From: Candidatus Heimdallarchaeota archaeon | Lineage (GTDB): Archaea > Asgardarchaeota > Heimdallarchaeia > JABLTI01 | Assembly (NCBI GenBank): GCA_018238155.1 | Contig: JABCTZ010000041.1 | Coordinates: forward strand, 1 to 64,000 | Direction: 5' to 3' | Length of the DNA stretch: 64,000 nt | Part shown: positions 48,183-57,261 of the stretch, piece after piece | Layout: every line of letters begins with the position of its first letter | How positions within the stretch are numbered: the stretch's first letter is position 1 | Program-made: the position numbers and the translations under genes | The notes under the pieces: generated by a model | What the model saw: only the letters and a program-made list of their open reading frames with translations | Databases searched by the model: none | Told to the model about the DNA's origin: nothing

Positions 48183-48983
48183 TTGTTAAACAAGGAAAAA
48201 TTGTCTGAAGAATTTCTTGAATTCATCAATGGCATACCACATGCAATATTTGAGATAGTTTATGATATTGAAACTGATTTAGTAAAATTCACTTTTTTAA
48301 ATCTTACTGCCAAAGATTTCTTTAAGAGAATCATTGATGAGGAAGCTTTTGAAAGCGGTTTCAAATTACAAGAGTTATTTGATTCAGAAGAAAATTTGAT
48401 TTACTTCAAATTTAGAAATGATTTATTAGTAAATAATGAATTAGTGATTCGGAATACAGAATATCTATTGAACACAAAAATTGGAAAACAAATACTAATA
48501 CAAGGTTCTTTCACATCGAAAAAGGGAAAAGAGAATATTATCATACGTGGGTTACTATGTGAAAAATCTGAAATTATTAAAAAGGAAATACCAAAATCAA
48601 AGCTAGACCACTATAATACTATTGAAGAAGAAATAGAAAAGTTGAATGATTTTTTCACCTCATTTAATGCTTTAATTATGATTTTAAATGAAGAAGGTAA
48701 AATATTATTTGTTTCGCCAAATATAGATGAGAGTAAGCTTTACCAACCTAAGAATAAGATTATTGGAAAAAAACTAAATGAAATTTTCCCAAAAGGACAA
48801 GCAAAATTTTTCACACAATATATCAATGAAGTTTTCAGAAATGGAGAAGCAATCAGCTTCGAGTACCATTTGCCTATTAATAACAAAGTATTATGGTTCC
48901 AATGTAGAATTATTCCAGTGTATGTCAAAGATGAGAAATTTACTCAAACTGTTGCAATTATCAGGGACATAACGAAATGGTGA
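48183..48983 (+). CDS. Stand-alone tandem PAS-domain protein
   Basis: ILNEEGKILFVSP..IIGKKLNEIFP..WFQCRIIP..AIIRDIT; degenerate PAS at the N-terminus. Confidence 0.8.
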   Translation: MLNKEKLSEEFLEFINGIPHAIFEIVYDIETDLVKFTFLNLTAKDFFKRIIDEEAFESGFKLQELFDSEENLIYFKFRNDLLVNNELVIRNTEYLLNTKIGKQILIQGSFTSKKGKENIIIRGLLCEKSEIIKKEIPKSKLDHYNTIEEEIEKLNDFFTSFNALIMILNEEGKILFVSPNIDESKLYQPKNKIIGKKLNEIFPKGQAKFFTQYINEVFRNGEAISFEYHLPINNKVLWFQCRIIPVYVKDEKFTQTVAIIRDITKW

Positions 48984-49102
48984 GTAGAACCTATTGCCAA
49001 AGAAAAGTAAATTTTTCACAGATAATTTTTTCATGTAACATCTAACCAAAAGTATTATTATTTAATAAAATAATAACACAATCCATTCTAGGATGAATCT
49101 CA

Positions 49103-51166
49103 ATGGAACTTCATAAACTTTGGCCGAAAGAATTACAAACTCACTACTGGCGTTTAGATGAAAATTATCACAATTTAATTCTAGCAAAAGTCAAAGAAAA
49201 CACAAAAGGAAAAAACATTCTAATGAATTTTATCTCTGCAATAGACGAGTTAATAGATTCGAAAGGTATGTGCATGAGTAATTCTGAATTCTTATTCTTA
49301 GCTGCAGCTGTAAAGGTTATTCAAGGTAAATCTGAAGCAATTCAAGATATTTGCAGAATGGATGAATTTCATCCGGGATTACATAATGCTAAAGCCTTTA
49401 ATTTAATTTCAAGGAAAAAATTTACTGAAGTGCCTTCATTAATTAAGAAAGCCAAAAAATTTGCTAAAGATGTAGATCCCTATAATTATCTTTATGCTCT
49501 TTCCAATGAGATATTGATGTTATATTACACAGGAGTATTTGGTATTATAAAAGATCGGCTAATTTCTCTTAATAAAGAATATAAAAAGATTATAGGCAAA
49601 TTACCTGAAGGAGATAAAAATAGATTAGCTGCTTTAGAAGCTTGCATATTAGGTAAATCTGTAGTAATTTCCTTGAAACGAAGAGAAGGAAGGATAGAAG
49701 AAGGAGCATCGATAGGCCAAGAACTTATTGCGAAAGCAAGAGTAACAGAAAACCGTTATTTGCTTAATCGTCTTCTAAATAATACCGCTTTGTGTTTAGT
49801 GGAAAGTGGAAACCTAAGAGCCGGTTTAAAATATCTTGAAGAAGCATTTGCTTTTTCAGAAAATTTGGGAAATGAGATCCAATTATCTATTGGAGGAAAT
49901 AATATTGGTTTTATTTATCGAAATATGGGAAATATTGAGCAAGCAATGAAATATTTCTACATTGCTCTTGAGCATTCTAAACAAGCAGGAATTGCCCCAT
50001 ACATTATTGCAACTGAAACTAATATAGCTCATTTACACCTAGATTTCGGAAATCCAAAACTTGCACTTGCAGATTCAGATATAGCAATGGAAAGCTTAGA
50101 GAATAGCAATGTTCCTGTACCACCATCAATAGTAATTGCTTTAGATTTATGTCGTGCAGATATCTTTGAATACTTGGAAGATTTCGATAAAGTTCGTGAA
50201 ACTCTTGAACATGCTCTCGAGTTAGTTAAATCTGCAGATTTGAACAAGGAAACACCTAAAATTAAATTAAGATTTGCCCGAATTTCTGCAAAACAACAAA
50301 ACCTTGGAGAAGCAAATCAAAAACTTACAGAAGCGCTCACATTTGCAATTGCAAACAATTCATATGAAATAATTGTTAATGCTAAACTGCAATTAGCTGA
50401 GATTGATTTATTGAGATACCGTATGACAAATCAAAATATTCTTTTGTTAGCTGCTTACGAAAAAATACTCGATTCAGAACAACTTTGTCTTGAGCAAGAT
50501 TACAAATTAATTTTAATTGATGTTTATATTTTGAAAGGATTATTACTTTCGATAAATAATAAAAAGAAAGAGGGAATAAAAGCATTAGAAAAGGCTATTG
50601 AATTAGCGCAAGATCTAAATATCCTTGAAAAAGAACAAGAAGCAAGAAACCAGCTAAGTGAAATTGAGAAAGAAAAGAAAAGTTTACTTGTTAGAATATT
50701 TACTCGGATAAACAAATCAATTAGATCAACGATTGCTTTTGAAAGTGTTACTGGACCTAAAAAAATTGAATCAGATATTCGTGCTTTATTCCTTATCACA
50801 AGAGAATCCGGTTTACCATTCTATCAGAAGGACTTTAGTGAATCCAAACAAATTGATTCCGGATTATTATCGGGTTTATTATCAGCAATTAGAACCATGA
50901 GTCAAACAATACTTAATGCAAAAGAAGGTGGTTTGAAATTAATTGACCATGGAAATGTAGCAATAATGCTTGAAACACGTGAAAGGTTATTTTTTGCTCT
51001 GGTTGTTTCAAAGGAAACATACTTGATTCGTGAAAAACTACGTGATTTTGCAGATTCTTTATCTGATGAAGCAATTATTAAGATAATTGATCAAGGTGTG
51101 ATAAACATAACAGATAAACAAAAAATATTGATCGAGGATCTTATCACTAATACATTTACCAAATAA
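49103..51166 (+). CDS. TPR-repeat protein with C-terminal longin-like domain
   Basis: TPR motifs (LNNTALC.., NNIGFIYRNMGNIEQAMKYF); C-terminal LFLITRESGLPFY..DSGLLSGLLSAI..LKLIDHGN..FALVVS. Confidence 0.8.
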   Translation: MELHKLWPKELQTHYWRLDENYHNLILAKVKENTKGKNILMNFISAIDELIDSKGMCMSNSEFLFLAAAVKVIQGKSEAIQDICRMDEFHPGLHNAKAFNLISRKKFTEVPSLIKKAKKFAKDVDPYNYLYALSNEILMLYYTGVFGIIKDRLISLNKEYKKIIGKLPEGDKNRLAALEACILGKSVVISLKRREGRIEEGASIGQELIAKARVTENRYLLNRLLNNTALCLVESGNLRAGLKYLEEAFAFSENLGNEIQLSIGGNNIGFIYRNMGNIEQAMKYFYIALEHSKQAGIAPYIIATETNIAHLHLDFGNPKLALADSDIAMESLENSNVPVPPSIVIALDLCRADIFEYLEDFDKVRETLEHALELVKSADLNKETPKIKLRFARISAKQQNLGEANQKLTEALTFAIANNSYEIIVNAKLQLAEIDLLRYRMTNQNILLLAAYEKILDSEQLCLEQDYKLILIDVYILKGLLLSINNKKKEGIKALEKAIELAQDLNILEKEQEARNQLSEIEKEKKSLLVRIFTRINKSIRSTIAFESVTGPKKIESDIRALFLITRESGLPFYQKDFSESKQIDSGLLSGLLSAIRTMSQTILNAKEGGLKLIDHGNVAIMLETRERLFFALVVSKETYLIREKLRDFADSLSDEAIIKIIDQGVINITDKQKILIEDLITNTFTK

Positions 51167-52594
51167 TTATTTGCTTTTAGTAAAGAATTCAGCGTTCAAT
51201 GAAATAAGATTACTCATACCATAAGGTATTTTTTTTACTAATCCTTTTACTTGTAATCGACCGACACATCTGGAAATAGTTGACTTTGATAAGGAAGTTC
51301 TTCTACAAATGGCTGCTTGTGTTAATTCTTTTCCATCAAGTATTTGTTCAAAAACAAGAAATTCCTTCTCAGTTAAGATTTCCTTCCATTTATCCTTATC
51401 AATTTGCATAATAGCATTTTTTGTTTCTTTATCATGTGTCTCAAGATTAGTTGTATCTCGTTTCTTTGAAAATAACCATTTATCATTTCTATATAAAATA
51501 AATAGAGTTGAGCCAATTCCTACTAGAAATAAACTTGAGATAGTTGTACTGAATATTACTGCTAAATTACTAATAGTATTTACTTGACCTGTGACTGTAA
51601 TTTCTATTGGAAAAGCATCAATACTAAAAATAATAGAGATGTTTCCAGATATTGAACCAACATGAGTTGTATCAATTTCTGCTTTAAGATACATTGCTCT
51701 TCCAACAGCTAAACTCCACGATGTGAAATTTATTCTAATCCATTTTGGAGCTTGAATTGTCCCTCCTAATGGAATGCTTTCATTATTTATTATTAGAAAT
51801 ATTCGATCAATGTTTTTGGTATTTCTTCTTACTTTTCCAACATTCCATTCATTTGGAGATATGTCGAGTTCTTCAAGAATTAATGGACTCGTGAAATTTA
51901 TATTCGAATAAAACGAGATCTTGTTTACTTCTAACCAGGATAAAACAAGTCTTTTCCCAATAGTCGAAATTGTATGTGGGTTTGGAATAGATTTTATCAA
52001 TGCTAATCCTTTGTCAAAAATAATCTTAGTATTTTGTGTGCCCACACGTCGTAACCAATCTATTCCTAATTTATAATTATATTTTGTTGATAATTCCTCT
52101 GTATCTTGAATGAAAGTAATTTTAATATTTCTTGTGAAACCCACAGGAATACTTGATGACAGCGTAAATTGTATTTTTGTAGAATTCGTTAATTTTGTTG
52201 CCGTGAAAGGTAATATTTTGCTATCTGATTCAATGACTTGAATATTCCGAACGAAACCGGCGACTTCAATAGTTTCGATATTTATGCTTTGAAGTGAGTT
52301 TATTCCTTCAACTCCAACAAATTCAATATCTAATTGTATTTGAGCTGTTTTTGTGTGTAAATAACTAGTTATTTTTCCACTAGAAATATCATAATTTGTT
52401 TCTTGTAAGGGTGAGATAGTATTTGGGATAACTGTTGTTACAAATGGTGAACTCAAATCACCTACTGAAGTTGTTTCACCTTTCAATAAAGAAGAGAACA
52501 TAAATTGACTAATAGGGTTTAATGAAAACAATGATGCTAAAAATATCACAACAACTAGGATTGTTAGTATTTTTCTTGTGTTCTTTTTTAGCAT
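51167..52594 (-). CDS. Membrane-anchored protein with extracellular beta domains and cytoplasmic winged-helix HTH
   Basis: Signal/anchor, TM near aa 345-370, LTEKE...ELTQAAICRRTSLSKSTISR....L..KGLVKK...GMSN.I. Confidence 0.8.
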   Translation of the reverse strand: MLKKNTRKILTILVVVIFLASLFSLNPISQFMFSSLLKGETTSVGDLSSPFVTTVIPNTISPLQETNYDISSGKITSYLHTKTAQIQLDIEFVGVEGINSLQSINIETIEVAGFVRNIQVIESDSKILPFTATKLTNSTKIQFTLSSSIPVGFTRNIKITFIQDTEELSTKYNYKLGIDWLRRVGTQNTKIIFDKGLALIKSIPNPHTISTIGKRLVLSWLEVNKISFYSNINFTSPLILEELDISPNEWNVGKVRRNTKNIDRIFLIINNESIPLGGTIQAPKWIRINFTSWSLAVGRAMYLKAEIDTTHVGSISGNISIIFSIDAFPIEITVTGQVNTISNLAVIFSTTISSLFLVGIGSTLFILYRNDKWLFSKKRDTTNLETHDKETKNAIMQIDKDKWKEILTEKEFLVFEQILDGKELTQAAICRRTSLSKSTISRCVGRLQVKGLVKKIPYGMSNLISLNAEFFTKSK

Positions 52595-52648
52595 GATTAA
52601 TTACTCCAATTAGTTATTACTTCAATAGGTTTATTCAAAACTTTAAAA

Positions 52649-53950
52649 TTATCTAAATAAAAGCAATAGGAAGAGCTGATTCAGATAGTATCTGAGAAGT
52701 GCACCTTGGAAAATGAAAAGCCATTGGCCATTCCAATAACTCACAGACTCTTCATTAATAGAATATATTGTGCTAAAAGCGATAAACTCTGTAATAGCAT
52801 AAACAATTGCTTCAATTTGCTCTGGGAGCATTTGAGAATCAGGATCATTAAAAACTTCAAAGAATAGCACTTTTGAGGTTTCATCCAATATCTCTACATA
52901 AGCATAATTTTGATAATTTGTTAAAGAATTTACATAAACATACCATAAACCATAGTAATCATCAAACCAAGCGTAACTTTCGTAAGAACCAAGTGTTTCA
53001 ATGAAAGATTGTACTTCAGGTATTGCTTTTGAAATAGCTATTACTTCAGTTTTAGTCAATTGTGCTTCTTTATTTTGGATAATTGAAAGTATGTCCTCAG
53101 TCTCATCACAAACAACAATACTGATCCAACTGTTTTTTGGAAAAGTTTCTATTGTCCAATAGTCAATAAACCAAACATTATCTGTTATATTATAATAACA
53201 ATTCATTTGTTTAGTTGGTTCACTCCAAGTAGTATAATTATCATACATTATATCAGAATAATAGATATTTATCTCATTATCAGGATTTTCTAAAATCCAA
53301 TTTTGTACTTCTGAAAGAACCTCAACAATGAGGATAATCTCTTCTGGAGTATGTAGTGCGCCTTCAAATGGCTCATAAATATCAAAAGAAATCACTGAAC
53401 CGTCAATATTTGAAATAATTACGCATGCTGAATAGTACTCATCATAGTAATCGATAATCCAACTACTATAGCCATCAAACCAAGCAAAAAAGCAAGCATT
53501 TTCATGAACATCTAACCAAGTAGAAATTTCAGGTATTGCATTAGCAATATCGATTATTTCACTCTCAGTATAATTTGGTGTTAAAGGTGAATAGACTTCA
53601 TAATATAGCACTTCACCTGTTGAAGCTTCAATCTCAATGTACGCGTAATTTAACCAACAATAGAAATCTTCGGTGTAATTGATATTTCCAGTATAAAATT
53701 CAACTATCCATATATTATCAATCAAATTTGTGGAAACGGAAGTTACATCATTTTCTTCAATAAAATTTGCTACCTCAGGGATACTACTAGCAATATCTAT
53801 TGCATCTTGAAAAGATAGTGATTGTTTATTTCTAAGGTTATTTGCAATCAATGAACCTGTAAGAACAGAAGTACCTGCTAAAACAGCAGTCATTATCATT
53901 GAAATAATGACAAAAGTATTCCCATGCTTTGATCGATTAAATACTTTCAT
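52649..53950 (-). CDS. Secreted/anchored protein with about five PepSY-like repeats
   Basis: Repeats AI.IA.SIPEV..F...W.V.....I.I...TGEVL; N-terminal TM. Confidence 0.7.
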   Translation of the reverse strand: MKVFNRSKHGNTFVIISMIMTAVLAGTSVLTGSLIANNLRNKQSLSFQDAIDIASSIPEVANFIEENDVTSVSTNLIDNIWIVEFYTGNINYTEDFYCWLNYAYIEIEASTGEVLYYEVYSPLTPNYTESEIIDIANAIPEISTWLDVHENACFFAWFDGYSSWIIDYYDEYYSACVIISNIDGSVISFDIYEPFEGALHTPEEIILIVEVLSEVQNWILENPDNEINIYYSDIMYDNYTTWSEPTKQMNCYYNITDNVWFIDYWTIETFPKNSWISIVVCDETEDILSIIQNKEAQLTKTEVIAISKAIPEVQSFIETLGSYESYAWFDDYYGLWYVYVNSLTNYQNYAYVEILDETSKVLFFEVFNDPDSQMLPEQIEAIVYAITEFIAFSTIYSINEESVSYWNGQWLFIFQGALLRYYLNQLFLLLLFR

Positions 53951-54399
53951 TTTTGTTCCTTACTCCTTGTAATCCAAATATCATCAATATTTAATTTGAC
54001 TATTGAGTTACTATAACTGAAACAACTTAAAAAACTAGACATTCAAATAGTTCACTTTTTTTGAACTCTTGAAATGGGGATAAAATTGACTGTCTTCTCA
54101 AAACAAAACTTAATCTTGTCCTGTAATAAACTTGAGATACTGCAATAAATGGTTCTTAGAAACGAAAATTAAGTACTAAAAACCAAAGTGAATGACTAAT
54201 TAGTGCCAAAAGATTAAATTAAATTAAAGTTCAAGCATACATGAGCAGAGACAGATTCCTCTAGTAAGATGAGAGGTACTGTTGGGATTAGTTTTTGCTC
54301 ACTTCTTATTGCTGCTTAACAAGCAAATAATCCTGATTTCTTTGCAAAAAAATTATCAACTACTAAATGAATTACGAATATAAACAGTTGGTAATTAAG

Positions 54400-54960
54400 A
54401 TGGTTAAAATTGAAAAAGAACCCAGAGCAGCAGCTTATCCAGCTCCTGCAGCTTTAGTCTCTGCTTATGATGAAAAAGGAAATGCCAATGCAATGACAGC
54501 AGCATGGATTTCTAATATTTGTGCAGAACCTTCTACAGTAGTAGTTGGTATTCGAGACAACAGATATACTTTCGATCTGATAGAAAAATCAGGTTGTTTT
54601 GGAGTAAATATCCCAAATGTAGCAATTGCTAAAGAAACAGATTATTTTGGTGTTGTTTCAGGTAGAGATACAGATAAATTCAAAGATACCGGTTTAACAG
54701 TCTTCAAAGGTAAAGAAGTCAATGTCCCTTTAATAAATCAATGTCCAATAAATATTGAGTGTAAAGTGATTAAACAAGTAAAAATCGGGTCACATCATGC
54801 ATTTTTTGGAGAAGTATTGAAAGTGTATTATGATGAGAGCATGTTGGATGAAAAAGGAGCACCTGATATTTTACTTGCTGATGTTCTAGCTTATGGTACT
54901 GGAAAATACTACTCACTTAAAGAATCAATAGACACATATGGTTTTTCTAAGAGGAAATGA
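54400..54960 (+). CDS. Flavin reductase-like FMN-binding protein
   Basis: YPAPAALVS, NAMTAAW, RYT..LI, D.FGVVSGRD.DKF, PLI.QCP.NIEC, GSH..F.GEV. Confidence 0.92.
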   Translation: MVKIEKEPRAAAYPAPAALVSAYDEKGNANAMTAAWISNICAEPSTVVVGIRDNRYTFDLIEKSGCFGVNIPNVAIAKETDYFGVVSGRDTDKFKDTGLTVFKGKEVNVPLINQCPINIECKVIKQVKIGSHHAFFGEVLKVYYDESMLDEKGAPDILLADVLAYGTGKYYSLKESIDTYGFSKRK

Positions 54961-55005
54961 TTTTTTCTTATCTTTTAATATTCCATACTATCCAAAGTAA
55001 GATTA

Positions 55006-55120
55006 GGATTACTTGAAAGCGAAAAATAGACCATTATCCTTTTTTTAGGAGGATGAAATAATTGAGAACGATGAACAAGTGATAATCAAAATTAAAAAAA
55101 TTATATTATCTGTAGAATAA
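55006..55120 (+). pseudogene. Probable Vsr/DUF559-type endonuclease C-terminal relic
   Basis: GLLESEK*TIILF(+1 T)*EDEIIENDEQVIIKIKKII. Both TAG stops fall at the Trp positions of the L...GW.V.RFWE.EI motif, and the relic lies upstream of a C5-MTase R-M pair. Confidence 0.45.
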
Positions 55121-55154
55121 GAATTGATTTAAAGAAACAAGCAATGATTTTATT

Positions 55155-56024
55155 ATGGTGAAGATGTTGGGATTTAATGTTTTAACAGCAATTGTGAATA
55201 TTGCAAATTATGAGAACACTAATTTAGAAATTTATAGCACAAAATCGAAGATTAGGATAAACACAGTTGGGGAAAAGCTCGAGTACTATTTCAAGGATGC
55301 AATAGCAAACTCATTTCAAATAAAAGAACAAAGTAAAAGGATCAAAATACACTCTTCAGTTTTTTCATGGCTAGGTAATCAAAATAATCCTCCAGATATG
55401 ATTATCAATAAGGGCGATGCTTTTGAAGTCAAGAAGAATCAATCAATGAAATCCACTATTGCATTAAACAATTCTTATCCAAAAAACAAATTATACATAG
55501 ATGATCCAAAAATAACCAAGGAATGTTTTTCTTGTGAAGAAGAACAGTGGGGCAGCAAGGATATTTTCTATGTAATAGGTTCAATGAATGGTACAAACCT
55601 CCAGCATCTATTTATCGTGCAAGGTGAATGTTATGCCGCGAATAGAAAAATCTACTCAAATTTACTCTTACAATTCAAAGCAAAAGTTGATACATTAATT
55701 CAAGAACAAAATATGGAATCCACAAAGACAAGAGAGGTTGGTAGGATAACAAGGGTTGATCCACTTGGAATAACTACTTTCAGGATTAGAGGTATGTGGG
55801 AAATAAGAAACCCATTGGTTGTTTTTGGTGATTACAATATTAATTCTGAAAGATACAAACTTTCAGCTATTATGCTTAAAGAGAAATATCAATCCTTTGC
55901 TGAAAAGGACATAAAATTATTGGAATCAAACCCTAAAATTATTGTTGAAAAAATAAGAATACCAAATCCTAACAACCCGGCAAAATTGTTAACGACAATA
56001 CTTATCAATATCTTAAGAACTTGA
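55155..56024 (+). CDS. Type II restriction endonuclease, NgoPII family (GGCC predicted)
   Basis: RINTVGEKLEYY.KD, FSWLGNQNNPPD.II..GDA.EVKK, IALN.SYPK.KL, VDPLGIT..RIRGMW.I.NP, PNNPAKL. Confidence 0.88.
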   Translation: MVKMLGFNVLTAIVNIANYENTNLEIYSTKSKIRINTVGEKLEYYFKDAIANSFQIKEQSKRIKIHSSVFSWLGNQNNPPDMIINKGDAFEVKKNQSMKSTIALNNSYPKNKLYIDDPKITKECFSCEEEQWGSKDIFYVIGSMNGTNLQHLFIVQGECYAANRKIYSNLLLQFKAKVDTLIQEQNMESTKTREVGRITRVDPLGITTFRIRGMWEIRNPLVVFGDYNINSERYKLSAIMLKEKYQSFAEKDIKLLESNPKIIVEKIRIPNPNNPAKLLTTILINILRT

Positions 56025-56051
56025 CAAAATTACTAGCTTTATAAGTGAAAA

Positions 56052-57110
56052 ATGACATTAATTATCGAGGAAATAATTGTGAAAATTGTATCTCTATTCT
56101 CTGGTTGTGGAGGATTGGATTTAGGTTTCATAGAGGCTGGATTTAAGATTGTTTTTGCCAATGATAATGACAAAAATGTAATTGAAACCTATGAAAAAAA
56201 CCATAACATGAAGCTTGACACTAGATCTATAACTGATATAGCTTCAGATGAGATACCTCAAGCTATTGGAGTTATTGGTGGTCCACCTTGCCAAAGCTGG
56301 AGTATAGCAGGTAATCTAAAGGGAATAAACGACAATAGAGGAAAACTATTCTATGAATATGCTCGAGTTCTAAGAGATAAAAAGCCACTGTTCTTTGTAG
56401 CTGAAAATGTTCCGGGCATTCTTTATAAAAACAATATTGAAGAATTTAACAAACTGATTGAATTACTTGAATCTCTATCATATAAAATCACTTACCAACT
56501 AGTTGACTCACGCGATTACGGAGTACCACAATCAAGAAGTAGAGTAATAATTATAGGATTTAAAAAAAGTTTAGATCATAAATTTGTTTTCCCACGTTCA
56601 ACACATTCTAATAATCAACAAAAACTCTTTTCAACAAATAAATGGTTAACATTGAAAGATGCCATAAGCGATTTACCTGAAGCAAAACCTGGTCTTAATA
56701 AGACTCACGCAAATGATGAGTTAGACATACCAAATCATGAATATATGCTTGGATCATTTTCTTCACATTATATGTCTAGGAACAGAAGACGAAACTGGAA
56801 TGAACAATCTTTTACAATTCAAGCAGGTGGAAGGCATGCTCCACTTCATCCTGACTCAAGTGAGATGATAAAAGTAGCAGAGGATCTTTTTGAGTTTAAA
56901 GATAATAATCTAAAATATAGAAGATTATCAGTTAGAGAATGCGCCAGACTTCAAACATTTCCTGATGATTTTATTTTTTATTATAAAAATCTTGTAAATG
57001 GGTATAAAATGGTTGGAAATGCAGTACCAGTCAAATTAGCTGCAATTCTAGCAAAACAAATTATGAAAGATTTGTTAAAACTAGAAATTTCTGAAAACAA
57101 TAAAAAATAG
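56052..57110 (+). CDS. DNA cytosine-5 methyltransferase, M.HaeIII/M.NgoPII-like (start possibly GTG 56079)
   Basis: FSGCGG, GGPPCQSWS, ENV, Q.R.R, TRD SRNR.R.W.E.SFTIQA.GR...LHP, YKMVGNAVP. Confidence 0.95.
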   Translation: MTLIIEEIIVKIVSLFSGCGGLDLGFIEAGFKIVFANDNDKNVIETYEKNHNMKLDTRSITDIASDEIPQAIGVIGGPPCQSWSIAGNLKGINDNRGKLFYEYARVLRDKKPLFFVAENVPGILYKNNIEEFNKLIELLESLSYKITYQLVDSRDYGVPQSRSRVIIIGFKKSLDHKFVFPRSTHSNNQQKLFSTNKWLTLKDAISDLPEAKPGLNKTHANDELDIPNHEYMLGSFSSHYMSRNRRRNWNEQSFTIQAGGRHAPLHPDSSEMIKVAEDLFEFKDNNLKYRRLSVRECARLQTFPDDFIFYYKNLVNGYKMVGNAVPVKLAAILAKQIMKDLLKLEISENNKK

Positions 57111-57261
57111 ATATCAACTAGAAATTTTGAATCAATTTATAATGGTTTTTTTTCTTTAAAATTTAAAATAATACTCTTTTTAAGCGAAAATTCCTATTTA
57201 AATAGACTTTAATAAGAATTGCAAGAGTGTTCGAATATCAATTTGAGGGTGTGGCTTTTTT

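Noticed and set aside
48981-49010. TGA followed by a short in-frame extension (VEPIAKEK*), possible selenocysteine readthrough
   Set aside because: Not a redox or Cys-equivalent position and no SECIS-like hairpin seen; more likely a true or recent stop
52681-52695. Perfect palindrome TCAGATA-G-TATCTGA
   Set aside because: Single short instance inside a coding 3' end; could be chance
54242-54333. FMN riboswitch or tRNA upstream of the flavin reductase
   Set aside because: Lacks the FMN aptamer conserved segments and the tRNA T-loop/cloverleaf; kept only as a generic structure candidate
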